IMG/VR virus record: IMGVR_UViG_3300023116_006877
From: an uncultured virus (IMG/VR IMGVR_UViG_3300023116_006877)
Lineage: Duplodnaviria; Heunggongvirae; Uroviricota; Caudoviricetes
DNA length: 64,000 bases
Reading direction: 5' to 3' (one strand)
In this document: positions 30,355 through 39,467 of the stretch, in pieces
How positions within the stretch are numbered: position 1 is the stretch's first letter
Layout of the letters: every line of letters begins with the position of its first letter
Program-made: the position numbers and the translations under genes
The notes under the pieces: model-generated
Seen by the model: the letters and a program-made list of their open reading frames with translations, nothing else
What the model was told of the DNA's origin: nothing
Database searches by the model: none

Positions 30355-30832
30355 TGTTCAAAATCTGTTGCATCTCAATTTTTGTTTTTATAGGTCCTTT
30401 ATAATCATATCTTTGCAATGTAATCAATTTTGGACAGTATGCTTTACGCCATCCTTTAGGAAAGTCTATTATGTAGTACCCTGCACAAAATTGGCTTTTA
30501 CTTTTTTTTGCTTTTGTATATATTGGTAATTTTTTTTGCACGTCAAATATTGGGTTGAAAGGTTTTTGATTTACAGGAAATCCGTGTACTTCCCAATTTG
30601 TGTCAGTGTTCTCGGGTTCAACATCACTAGGTATTGTTATGTCACTGGAAAAAAGTTTTTCACCAAATTTTTTATATAAACTATCTTTTGTATGAAATAC
30701 TTCCTTTCCTTGATTTTTACCTAGAAATATCCAACCATTGGTGTCTTCTTTTTGTAAAGTGCCCAATTTGTGACCGTTGCTTTCCACGATCCAAAATTTG
30801 TCTTTTATCAGTGTTTTTGCATTAATTGACAT
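30320..30832 (-). CDS. Hypothetical phage protein
   Basis: 170 aa ORF overlapping its neighbour. Confidence 0.7.
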   Translation of the reverse strand: MSINAKTLIKDKFWIVESNGHKLGTLQKEDTNGWIFLGKNQGKEVFHTKDSLYKKFGEKLFSSDITIPSDVEPENTDTNWEVHGFPVNQKPFNPIFDVQKKLPIYTKAKKSKSQFCAGYYIIDFPKGWRKAYCPKLITLQRYDYKGPIKTKIEMQQILNNAIKENISANI

Positions 30833-30844
30833 AAAGATATTTTA

Positions 30845-31258
30845 CTATAAATCTCCCAAATCTTCAAGATGTTTTTTCAAAGCAAGTACAGAAACCTGTA
30901 ATTCTGCCACAAATAACAGTATCGACACTGTAAAAAATCCTAATGCTGTGCCAAAAACCCAATAGAACATCTCATCATTTTGTTTATATAAACAAAAAAT
31001 AGCCAAGAGATTGAGAGCAAGTGCCAATCCTCCCAGGGTTTGTACATAACGATTAATTTTTAATCTGGTCGTGAGTATTTTTATTTCGGCCAATGTACGT
31101 TCCTTGGACTTTTTTGATAATTTCTTTTTCTGTTTTATAAAATCGTCGTGTAATTTTCTGATTAGAGTGGACATAGCAGTATATCTATTTCCAAAACTGA
31201 TCATCATCAACGGTATGACCGGAAATAGCAATGCAGGAAAAAGATATAGATTATTCAT
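30845..31258 (-). CDS. Membrane protein (DUF2721-like)
   Basis: Three hydrophobic segments and 'LFP..L..NR' pattern. Confidence 0.6.
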   Translation of the reverse strand: MNNLYLFPALLFPVIPLMMISFGNRYTAMSTLIRKLHDDFIKQKKKLSKKSKERTLAEIKILTTRLKINRYVQTLGGLALALNLLAIFCLYKQNDEMFYWVFGTALGFFTVSILLFVAELQVSVLALKKHLEDLGDL

Positions 31259-32237
31259 TGAGCACCGCGTTGAAGGGTTCTACATATAATTGTGCTTGTT
31301 CTGTAATTTTTTGTAGGTCGTATTTGGCACAAAATTTCATAAATCGTACTCCTACTTGTGAAATTTGTTTATTATCTGCTCTGGCCTGATCTATTGTTTG
31401 ATCTAATTCTTGTATTATGTTTTCAGGTTGTGCGTGTAGGTCCACTAGTTGCATATTCCTTGTGTAATCGTCTAACACCCTGTGTTCTTTGCCGTCCGCA
31501 TCCACCCATTTGCTTAACATTAGATTATTCCAAGTATAACCTTTTGCTTCTCTGTCCGCGAATGCTTCCGTTAATCCAATTTTGTTTTTTGTTCCTTTGG
31601 TACGCACACCAGGATATGCTGAAAAAATATTGTCCGATGGGTCACCTCTCATTGCCTTCTGAAATAGCATCCATTCTTTTTCGTCTAATTTTTTGGGTTG
31701 TTTTGTTTTCTTGTCAATAATTGGATTTCCTTTTTTATCAAACACACCGTCTATCTTCATAGTTTCTTCAGTGATACCGTTATATTGAGAAACATTTTGA
31801 TTTACCAATTGGTTTAGATCTTTGTCGGTACTAATTATGACACATTTTTTATCAGGATTTCTATCAATCCATCTAGCAATCAAGTCGTCGGCTTCTACTT
31901 GTGAGTTTTGTAAAACAGTTGCATTTGTTTTTGTTTTTATGAAGTCACAAAAATCATCATAACATTCCCAGAACACTTTATTTTCTTCTTGTTCGGTAGG
32001 AGACATCGCATCCACTGTTTCTTTTCTATTTCTTTTGTATGGAGGATAATAATCTTTACGCCAACTACGTCCTTCCAGACAAAATATAAGATGAGAACCA
32101 TCAAAATCATTCCATGCTTTTTTGATAGAATTTAATGTGATATGTATAGCCATACCAATTTTCTCAGAAGTATCTCCACGGAAAACGTGTCGAGCTCTAA
32201 AGAAAGTATTGGCAGTGTCTACTAATATGTGAGTCAT
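31251..32237 (-). CDS. 5'-3' exonuclease / T4 RNase H-like flap nuclease
   Basis: LVD..N, 'SWRKDYYPPYKRNR', EADD, STDKD and GDPSDNI. Confidence 0.9.
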   Translation of the reverse strand: MTHILVDTANTFFRARHVFRGDTSEKIGMAIHITLNSIKKAWNDFDGSHLIFCLEGRSWRKDYYPPYKRNRKETVDAMSPTEQEENKVFWECYDDFCDFIKTKTNATVLQNSQVEADDLIARWIDRNPDKKCVIISTDKDLNQLVNQNVSQYNGITEETMKIDGVFDKKGNPIIDKKTKQPKKLDEKEWMLFQKAMRGDPSDNIFSAYPGVRTKGTKNKIGLTEAFADREAKGYTWNNLMLSKWVDADGKEHRVLDDYTRNMQLVDLHAQPENIIQELDQTIDQARADNKQISQVGVRFMKFCAKYDLQKITEQAQLYVEPFNAVLNE

Positions 32238-32243
32238 AATAGT

Positions 32244-32272
32244 ATTATAACATTTATTTTTTATTCTGTCTA
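32244..32272 (-). promoter_or_regulatory. Sigma70-type promoter TAGACA-17-TATAAT, 6 nt before ATG
   Basis: Read directly. Confidence 0.7.
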
Positions 32273-33198
32273 TGTAAAAAGAACGGATTGGGTATGTTAT
32301 TGAATGTTGGTAAATTAGGGTTCATTGCTTTATAGTGTTGGGGATATAGATTTACAAAATCCAATATTTCACCGGTAGTCGTAAAAAAATAGTCAGTCAT
32401 TGGCATCACTATAAATCTATGTAATTTTTCTAGTTGGGCATAAACATAGGCCTGTTGTATTATATCCAAATTTGGAATGGAAATATCTTTGTGATCACGT
32501 ACAGCATTTAACACCATGTCCGTATTTCTATGTGAATGTAATATTTTATTTCTCTTTGAAAACTCGTTGTAGAGCATTTCTAATTCCTCAAAATTTAAAT
32601 CTAAATCAAATTTTTTATCTAGTTCTTCTAATTCTGTTTTTAAAGATTCGTAACTAAAAAATACATTCACGTGGGTAAAGTGCAATTTGTTATTTTTGAA
32701 ATTTTCATTCATCCATATGATTTGTTCTCTATCTCTTTTCACACTACCCTGATTTTTCCAATCCAAGAATCCTATTTTGAATGCGTCACGCAACATCCAT
32801 TTGGGCACGTTGTCATTTTTTATAGAGTACAGTTCACGAATCTTGTTATAAAATTCTAAGTTGTATTGTTTTAAAAACGATATGTCTTTGTTTATGTTGT
32901 TGATATCTCTATCCGAATCCTCGGCTCTGTTCATGGCCGCCCGTTCATAATACAGTACATCATTTGTAAAAACAAGTTTTATTATATTTTGATTTAAAAG
33001 ACCGATAGCCGCGGTGTGTTTATGAGAATCAACAAATTGAGAAAATCCTGAGTAATTTACTTTGAGATGGGAGTTTCCTAAACTATTAAATGGAAGTTCT
33101 TTCAGTTCCGGTGTTTTCCTACTCAGACGATCAATTAGATATGTCAAATAATGACCATGACACCCTGCACTATTAAAGATATAAACTTGTGGATCCAC
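32254..33198 (-). CDS. Hypothetical protein
   Basis: Long ORF; GTG at 33198 directly follows the upstream stop. Confidence 0.65.
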   Translation of the reverse strand: MDPQVYIFNSAGCHGHYLTYLIDRLSRKTPELKELPFNSLGNSHLKVNYSGFSQFVDSHKHTAAIGLLNQNIIKLVFTNDVLYYERAAMNRAEDSDRDINNINKDISFLKQYNLEFYNKIRELYSIKNDNVPKWMLRDAFKIGFLDWKNQGSVKRDREQIIWMNENFKNNKLHFTHVNVFFSYESLKTELEELDKKFDLDLNFEELEMLYNEFSKRNKILHSHRNTDMVLNAVRDHKDISIPNLDIIQQAYVYAQLEKLHRFIVMPMTDYFFTTTGEILDFVNLYPQHYKAMNPNLPTFNNIPNPFFLHRQNKK

Positions 33199-33199
33199 T

Positions 33200-33517
33200 T
33201 TACGATACTTCGGTTTTGCCGTCGTCTCGTCTGTTGATCTGAACATATCCGGCTCCGGTAATATCCATACCTTGTTCATTGCCGATTGTTCTACAAAGAG
33301 ATTGAAACCAACGATCTACTATCTCTTCCTGTGATTCTCCTGTGTAACCATTCTGCTTCAACATATTCACAAATTCGTCATTCCAATCCAACTCGAAAAA
33401 ACCATTCTTGGGATTCTCCGGATTGACATTCATGTTCAATACTTTGACCCATGGTTCTTCGCTTTTGTTTTTGTCTTTTTTAGTTTTTTTACTTTTTGTA
33501 GTTTTTTTAACTTTCAT
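33200..33517 (-). CDS. Hypothetical phage protein
   Basis: 'GFFELDWNDEFV...IVDRWF'; preceded by a consensus promoter. Confidence 0.75.
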   Translation of the reverse strand: MKVKKTTKSKKTKKDKNKSEEPWVKVLNMNVNPENPKNGFFELDWNDEFVNMLKQNGYTGESQEEIVDRWFQSLCRTIGNEQGMDITGAGYVQINRRDDGKTEVS

Positions 33518-33523
33518 ATCTAT

Positions 33524-33552
33524 ATTATATATATTTTTTTGTTTATTGTCAA
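33524..33552 (-). promoter_or_regulatory. Consensus sigma70 promoter TTGACA-17-TATAAT, 6 nt before ATG
   Basis: Perfect consensus read directly. Confidence 0.85.
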
Positions 33553-33553
33553 A

Positions 33554-34447
33554 TTATGTTCCAATAGCATTACCAAACAAGTGAACGTGTACTCTTGCCG
33601 CCACATTATATCCTCTCTGGAAGGCTCTTTTTGCCACTTCACCTGCTGTTGCTGACTGTTCTTCTTCCCTAGCACCCACTGGCATGATCCATACAGGATA
33701 ATCGATACCTGTCGACCTAAACAGTTTCAGAACCTCTTCCATTTCATTCCATTGTTCGTCTTTGTTGCCTAGAACAAATTTTAGTTGTCCTTGTAATGAT
33801 AATTCTCTGTATTCCTTAACTATATCAGGCCTTATTGCTTTTTCTCGTTTTTCTCCGGCTACGGTCCATAGTTTAGGTGATATTGAAAAAAATATCTCTG
33901 TATCTATAGTTCTAACAAGTTCTTTAAATTCATCTGTGAGTTTTTGTGTGCCGTTAGTTTCAAATGTAATAGATTCCGGTATGTTATTTCTTTTCACTAG
34001 TTCTTTGTAGACTTCTATAAATGCTTTTTGAGACTGAGGCATAAGTGGTTCCCCACCTGTGATACAAAGATGTTGTTGTTGCCTAGACACAGGATGCAGA
34101 AACGATCCTGTTGGATTAGAATCATTTTTTAATATATCAATGACTTTGTCTGCTAGTTCCGATGCAGTAGCCTGACCCATTAAATGTTTATATTTTTTTG
34201 CCCAAGTGTATGACGAATCACATCCTTTATTCCATACAGGTAAATCCTCTACTCTTGTCACAGTAGAAACATCAAACTCTTCAAATGGCAATTCATAAGT
34301 GTCTGGATTGGTTGGATTTAATTGTCCAAATCCGTTGCACTGTAGATTACACAAGAAGAAACGTATCCAAGCAGTGGGAATACCGGTATAATGTCCTTCG
34401 CCTTGTATCGAATAGAATATCTCTGAATAATAATATTTTTTTTCCAT
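33554..34447 (-). CDS. queE: 7-carboxy-7-deazaguanine synthase (radical SAM)
   Basis: 'SEIFYSIQGEG...G.P..IR..CN..C', CDS, ITGGEP, ETNGT, SISPKL and 'RVHVHLFG'. Confidence 0.88.
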   Translation of the reverse strand: MEKKYYYSEIFYSIQGEGHYTGIPTAWIRFFLCNLQCNGFGQLNPTNPDTYELPFEEFDVSTVTRVEDLPVWNKGCDSSYTWAKKYKHLMGQATASELADKVIDILKNDSNPTGSFLHPVSRQQQHLCITGGEPLMPQSQKAFIEVYKELVKRNNIPESITFETNGTQKLTDEFKELVRTIDTEIFFSISPKLWTVAGEKREKAIRPDIVKEYRELSLQGQLKFVLGNKDEQWNEMEEVLKLFRSTGIDYPVWIMPVGAREEEQSATAGEVAKRAFQRGYNVAARVHVHLFGNAIGT

Positions 34448-34453
34448 TATATA

Positions 34454-34482
34454 ATAATACTATGTTTATTTAGATTGGTCAA
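34454..34482 (-). promoter_or_regulatory. Sigma70-type promoter TTGACC-17-TATTAT, 6 nt before queE ATG
   Basis: Read directly. Confidence 0.7.
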
Positions 34483-34813
34483 CTCCGTCTGGAAAATCTC
34501 TATACAAAAAATGTTGTATTGTTTCCGTGTCTACTAATTGATTAAATGCCACGTGTGATTCGTCGATACTTTCTTCGTTGCGTATTACCGAGGTCATGGC
34601 ATCATCGAGTTGTTGCATATTGTCAAATTCCATCATCACATGGAATTCTGGTAAATTCATTGAACGGAATCCCAATTTTGCTCTTGTCAAACGATAACTT
34701 TTCATCCTTTTCATTTCTACTAATTTGTCTAAAAAAATTCTCATTTTTTTTGCAAATTCTTTGGCATCTACATTTTTGTTATGATCCGCGAAAATATGAT
34801 ATATGTCAGCCAA
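34466..34813 (-). CDS. Hypothetical protein (DUF6614-like)
   Basis: TTG start after GGAGG; 'RLTR.KLGF...PEFH....F....LD.A...YRDFPD'. Confidence 0.55.
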   Translation of the reverse strand: MADIYHIFADHNKNVDAKEFAKKMRIFLDKLVEMKRMKSYRLTRAKLGFRSMNLPEFHVMMEFDNMQQLDDAMTSVIRNEESIDESHVAFNQLVDTETIQHFLYRDFPDGVDQSK

Positions 34814-35828
34814 GATAATCCTCCTGTGTTCCTTCTCTGTATAAATCTTGTGTGATACAATGTACACCACCGTCCCAAAAATATCGATGTCTAAAATTAA
34901 ATATGATTGGTTCTATTTTGTGTTTTTTAAAATGTTCAAAAACTTCTTTGTTATAATTGTTACAGATTATTGTGTTTTCATCGATAGATAACATATTAAC
35001 ATCAAACACAGTTTCCTCAACAAAACCCACCCACTTATCTAGCCAAGTATTGACAAATTCTATTAATTGATTGTTGTGTTCTTCTCCTTTTAACCACCAT
35101 CTCCCTCCAACCTTTTCTTTCATTTTTAAAAAAGAACTCATTTTGTCCCATGATTGGTCTGGTAGATATAATACGTCCCAATTGGGAAATTCTGTTTTAT
35201 AATCCTGTACATCAAACAAGGATACTATACAGCCCGGTTTGACCACACAAAAAGCACCGTCCGAGTGATATCCTCTGTCTGATTCATGTACACGAAATCC
35301 TTCATTGATCCATTTTTCTTTTATTTGATTGATACGATCCATACATTGTTGTTCTGTTCCTGTGCCATCCCATAATTTTGTAATCTTTCTATCCCAGAAT
35401 ATGTCTTTTCCGACTCTACAAATATTTGCTGTGCTAACTATGGCTGTTTCATAATCCCAGTTTTGTAAAAATAATGATTTTGGATCAATCTGTTTTAATG
35501 TATGAGAATAAAAACTAGTGGGTTGTGTGGCATAAAAAGTTTCTCCGATCACTCCAAAATGATCTCTAGGACACACAGGAGGTCTACCATGAAAGTTACC
35601 GTCATACAACGATTCGTCAAATTCTGGTCTGTGTGTTTCAACACCGGCATCTTTTAAAAGTTTTTCGAGTATTTGATAGTCTTCTTCTGTTTCATCGGCG
35701 ATTTTTTTTAATGGATCAGAAACTTTTGTATTTTTTGTAATTTTTTCAAAGAAGTTGCTTGAAAAATTTTTCCCAATTAAACAATGTTTTAAAGGATGAA
35801 AGGTTGCATAACCTTTGATAGGGATCAT
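34806..35828 (-). CDS. Amidinotransferase (Gly/inosamine amidinotransferase family)
   Basis: PRD, HSDG, 'ETVFDVN' and C-terminal GGVHCIT catalytic Cys. Confidence 0.85.
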   Translation of the reverse strand: MIPIKGYATFHPLKHCLIGKNFSSNFFEKITKNTKVSDPLKKIADETEEDYQILEKLLKDAGVETHRPEFDESLYDGNFHGRPPVCPRDHFGVIGETFYATQPTSFYSHTLKQIDPKSLFLQNWDYETAIVSTANICRVGKDIFWDRKITKLWDGTGTEQQCMDRINQIKEKWINEGFRVHESDRGYHSDGAFCVVKPGCIVSLFDVQDYKTEFPNWDVLYLPDQSWDKMSSFLKMKEKVGGRWWLKGEEHNNQLIEFVNTWLDKWVGFVEETVFDVNMLSIDENTIICNNYNKEVFEHFKKHKIEPIIFNFRHRYFWDGGVHCITQDLYREGTQEDYLG

Positions 35829-36211
35829 TATTTCCCTTTCTTTTTGTCCAAACGTACTACGTTATCAGTTTTGATATGACCGACTGATTCTCTTTTTATA
35901 TCGTTGTGATTGAATTCCGCCCAGTACAGTTCAAATGCAACTCCGTCTTCTAGACCTTCGAATGAGTGATACAGTCCAGGTTTGACTCTTGTAAAGTCTC
36001 CTGCATTTAATATTGTTTCATCTACTAGATCGTAATCTTTTTGCCATACACGAATTTTCATTTTTCCTGATTCAACAAAAAAACCGTTCCATTTGTATTC
36101 GTGCAGATGTTTAGAACAAACACCGCCTTTTTTATATTCTATTCTATGGAATTCTAACACACCATTTGCGTGTACAAGTTCCGTGTTTCCCCAAATTTTT
36201 CCTGCTTTCAT
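35828..36211 (-). CDS. Cupin-domain protein
   Basis: HLH...VESG...PGLYHSF cupin motifs. Confidence 0.8.
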   Translation of the reverse strand: MKAGKIWGNTELVHANGVLEFHRIEYKKGGVCSKHLHEYKWNGFFVESGKMKIRVWQKDYDLVDETILNAGDFTRVKPGLYHSFEGLEDGVAFELYWAEFNHNDIKRESVGHIKTDNVVRLDKKKGK

Positions 36212-36217
36212 AATACA

Positions 36218-36246
36218 ATTATAACATTATTTAATTTCATAGTCAA
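36218..36246 (-). promoter_or_regulatory. Sigma70-type promoter TTGACT-17-TATAAT, 6 nt before ATG
   Basis: Read directly. Confidence 0.8.
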
Positions 36247-36247
36247 T

Positions 36248-36269
36248 GGGGGGAGAAAAAACTCCCCCC
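36248..36269. terminator. GC hairpin downstream of yhhQ (terminator or stability element)
   Basis: GGGGGGAG-A6-CTCCCCCC 8-bp stem; no clear U-tract. Confidence 0.5.
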
Positions 36270-36275
36270 TAGAGA

Positions 36276-36923
36276 TTATTTTTTCTTGCCTATAACTTGC
36301 AGTCTGTTCAATAGTATACCATATGCTGGTAAGAATACTATCAAGCCAACCACAATCTTGGTCAATGTGTTGTTCTGTGCAACGATATGCCAGTTGGCAC
36401 CAATCCAACTCAGTTTGCCCTCTGCGTCGAGGGATCCTGCGAACGCAACATAAAAGAATGAGTATGTATCGATTATGTTTGCCGCGATGGTCGAAAGTGC
36501 CGGTGCCGCCCACCAGTTGTCAGATCTTTCTCTGATCGCTTGGAAGACGTACACGTCCAGCATGGTACCGATCGCGTATGCTGTACCTGATGCGAATCCA
36601 ACTCTGTATGCGTGTGGATCACCCAGTGCCAACAGTACCAGTACTGATGCCACGATAGCCGGAATGATCGCCATTGCTACAACGGCCCTTCCCGCTTCCT
36701 TGCCGACCAACCTTACAGTCAAGTCAGTTGCTACTACAACAATCGGAAATGTGAATGCCGCCGCCGCTAATGGAAACGATCCAAATAATGGAAGATCCGC
36801 ACCGGGGAATAAATCAAATCTGATCGTGACTAGATAGTTCGACACAGCGATAACGAGTGTGTGTAGAATTACTAGATTTCTTACAAGTGTCTTATCTACA
36901 CCTGCTAGTAGTGATTTAAACAT
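36276..36923 (-). CDS. yhhQ: VUT-family 7-deazaguanine precursor transporter
   Basis: About 6 TM segments; 'SNYLV', 'AFTFP...TDL.VR..G...R', 'LDVYVF', 'IDT..F..AF' and 'LPAYG'. Confidence 0.85.
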   Translation of the reverse strand: MFKSLLAGVDKTLVRNLVILHTLVIAVSNYLVTIRFDLFPGADLPLFGSFPLAAAAFTFPIVVVATDLTVRLVGKEAGRAVVAMAIIPAIVASVLVLLALGDPHAYRVGFASGTAYAIGTMLDVYVFQAIRERSDNWWAAPALSTIAANIIDTYSFFYVAFAGSLDAEGKLSWIGANWHIVAQNNTLTKIVVGLIVFLPAYGILLNRLQVIGKKK

Positions 36924-36997
36924 TAAGCCTCCTATAGGTTAGTTAATGTTCAATATTTTAACAGTTTTTATATGATGTTGTCAATACAACTTTGACG

Positions 36998-37468
36998 TTA
37001 CTTGTCCCATTCTTCCCATGGAAATACTACCCATTGTGGATTGGTATCCTTATCAATATCGTAACCATGAAAATCCATTTTTACCGGTGATGGTTTATTA
37101 TTGATTAGAGAAGCAAATTTTATGTTGTCATGTTTTCCGAAGTTGTCAATGATGTATTGAAATGTTGCTCCGCTGTCATTGATGTCGTCTATGATTAATA
37201 TTCTATGACCTTGTTCATGATTTGATTTTAGATTGTTTAAGTTAGGTGTGCTTTTATGATCTCTCAATCTAATATCAAGTACTTCGTGTGCAACTTTTAA
37301 TCTATGAGACAAATATACACCAGGAATACAACCTCCTCTGTTGATACCCATAATCACTGTAGGCATCCACGGAGTGTGAACCATTTTGTCTTCGATCTGA
37401 ATGAGAGCATTCCTCATTTGTATATTTGTGAAGTATAATTTACTTGTTGTCAGTTTCGTATCTGTCAT
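36998..37468 (-). CDS. Purine phosphoribosyltransferase (Gpt-like)
   Basis: GINRGG, ILIIDDINDSGAT PRPP loop and WVVFPWE. Confidence 0.85.
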   Translation of the reverse strand: MTDTKLTTSKLYFTNIQMRNALIQIEDKMVHTPWMPTVIMGINRGGCIPGVYLSHRLKVAHEVLDIRLRDHKSTPNLNNLKSNHEQGHRILIIDDINDSGATFQYIIDNFGKHDNIKFASLINNKPSPVKMDFHGYDIDKDTNPQWVVFPWEEWDK

Positions 37469-38498
37469 AAACTCTATTGATCACATTATTAACTCTAACA
37501 AAATGTGCCGCCTTGGGCATATCTTTAATTCTTCTTGCTCCAATGTAAGTGCAGGTGCTTCTCACTCCGCCCAGTATCTGTTCCACAGTGTCTTTGACCG
37601 GACCTTTGTCATCCAATACAACGGTTTTACCTTCTGTGCCTCTGTATCCATCTTTTCTTTGTCCGTGTGTGTCCAATGCTGTTTGAGAACTCATTCCGTA
37701 AAAATATCTCTTGCCATCTCTTAATTCTGTTTCACCTTCATCGTGTCCTGCCAACATTCCACCCAACATCACAAAATGAGCACCTCCGCCCAATGCTTTG
37801 GCAACATCGCCTGGTTGTGTACAACCACCGTCAGCAATGATGTGTCCACCAACTCCATTTGCGGCATCTGAACATTCCATGATTGCTGAAAATTGTGGAA
37901 CACCTACACCTGTTTGTGTTCTTGTGGTACAAACCGAGCCTGGACCTATTCCAACTTTGACCACATCAGCACCTTTGATAATTAATTCTTCTGTCATGTT
38001 TGGTGTAACCACATTGCCTGCTATGATCACTTTGTCTGGATATTCTGTTCTAATTCTATCAACAAAGTCCACAAATGATTCATGATAAGCATTGGCAACA
38101 TCAATTGTGATACAAGGTATGTCTGGAAATGCACTCATTACCTGTTTGAGTGTTTGATAGTCCTGTGCGTTCTCGTCCCATATGGCACCTGTTCCAACAC
38201 AGGCAGATACATATTTGAATTTAAGTCCTGTGCCTGCGGCTTGTTTCCAATCATCCAGGGTATAGTGTTTCCTGATCACAGTCAACATTTTAAATTCTTG
38301 TAGCACTCTTGCCATAGAAAACGTGCCAACACCATCCATGTTTGATGCCATGATGGGCACATATGAAAGTGTCTTGCCACTATTTCTAAATTTAAATTCT
38401 CTCAATATATCTACATCACGTCTTGAACTCAACGTAGATCTTTTTGGTTGTAATAACACATCCGAATAATCTAAATGTATGTTATAATCAATTCTCAT
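37440..38498 (-). CDS. guaC: GMP reductase
   Basis: LDYSDVL..PKRS, SNMDGVG, DVANAY, KVGIGPGSVCTTR and FYGMSS. Confidence 0.92.
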   Translation of the reverse strand: MRIDYNIHLDYSDVLLQPKRSTLSSRRDVDILREFKFRNSGKTLSYVPIMASNMDGVGTFSMARVLQEFKMLTVIRKHYTLDDWKQAAGTGLKFKYVSACVGTGAIWDENAQDYQTLKQVMSAFPDIPCITIDVANAYHESFVDFVDRIRTEYPDKVIIAGNVVTPNMTEELIIKGADVVKVGIGPGSVCTTRTQTGVGVPQFSAIMECSDAANGVGGHIIADGGCTQPGDVAKALGGGAHFVMLGGMLAGHDEGETELRDGKRYFYGMSSQTALDTHGQRKDGYRGTEGKTVVLDDKGPVKDTVEQILGGVRSTCTYIGARRIKDMPKAAHFVRVNNVINRVYDRYETDNK

Positions 38499-38754
38499 CT
38501 TCTTTTTCCTTTGCTCTACACATATCTAATACATTATTATAGTGTTCCCATGCATCTTTTAATGCAGGATATTTGTTTTTTAATTTTTCATCATCAAAAT
38601 CTAGATTCAGTTGTGTGTGTAAATCACCAAAATCAACAGACATTGACTCGGATAATGTTCCTACATTAAGATCTCCATAATCTCCAGAATAAGACCATAT
38701 TCCGTCTGATGTTAGTTTTTCTTTTGTTTTCTTTTTTTTACCCAATTGGTCCAC
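38488..38754 (-). CDS. Hypothetical protein
   Basis: 88 aa coupled ORF. Confidence 0.6.
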   Translation of the reverse strand: MDQLGKKKKTKEKLTSDGIWSYSGDYGDLNVGTLSESMSVDFGDLHTQLNLDFDDEKLKNKYPALKDAWEHYNNVLDMCRAKEKEDEN

Positions 38755-39466
38755 ACTGTGTTTCTTGTAATTGTATATTGTGCATAAATTCGTTTTTCAG
38801 TGCTGGATCATTTTTCAATAATCCTTTTAACACTGTGGTCTGTGTGCTTGAGTTGGCACTTCTGATTCCTCTATTTTCACAACAGCCGTGTCTTGCTCGT
38901 ATATAAACTCCCACAGCCGGACTGTCGGTTAGTTTCGTGATTTCATAGGCAATCATTTCCGTTAATTCTTCTTGTAAATGACCTCTATGTCCTAAATGCT
39001 GTGCTATCCTTGTGTATTTGCTTAATCCTATCAGTTTTTTGCCAGGTAAACAACCGATATAACAAACTCCCGTTACCGGTTGGTGATGATGAGAACACAT
39101 ACTTTTAATATCTGCTCTTACCACAATTAATTGATCATATCTTCCGTCCTCGTTTGGAAATGCTGTCACATCTGGTTTTGGATAATATCTACCAGACATT
39201 ATCTCATTAACATACATTTTAGCAAGTCTTCTACCTGTACCGTTGCTGTTGGGATCGTTTTCCCTGTCAATGATTAAACTGTCCAAAACAGATTCGAATT
39301 TTTGTTGCAACTCGTCAATTAATTTTTCTTTTTCACCCGATTCAATAAATTCGCTAATATTATCAGCCGCATAAAATCTTTTTCCGGCCTTTTTAATTCT
39401 TTCTTTGATTTCTTCGCTAACGGGTTTTGGTGGTAACCAACTATCTTTTAATATATTTTCATCCAT
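38738..39466 (-). CDS. folE: GTP cyclohydrolase I
   Basis: 'T.RRLAKMY', SMCSHH, GLSK, QE and 'H.C...RG'. Confidence 0.92.
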   Translation of the reverse strand: MDENILKDSWLPPKPVSEEIKERIKKAGKRFYAADNISEFIESGEKEKLIDELQQKFESVLDSLIIDRENDPNSNGTGRRLAKMYVNEIMSGRYYPKPDVTAFPNEDGRYDQLIVVRADIKSMCSHHHQPVTGVCYIGCLPGKKLIGLSKYTRIAQHLGHRGHLQEELTEMIAYEITKLTDSPAVGVYIRARHGCCENRGIRSANSSTQTTVLKGLLKNDPALKNEFMHNIQLQETQCGPIG

Positions 39467-39467
39467 T

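Noticed and set aside
32254..33279. 80-nt overlap between two genes as drawn in the ORF track
   Set aside because: A GTG at 33198 directly after the upstream stop removes the overlap.
36924..36997. preQ1 riboswitch upstream of yhhQ
   Set aside because: The predicted leader is only ~30 nt and lacks the stem and A-rich tail.
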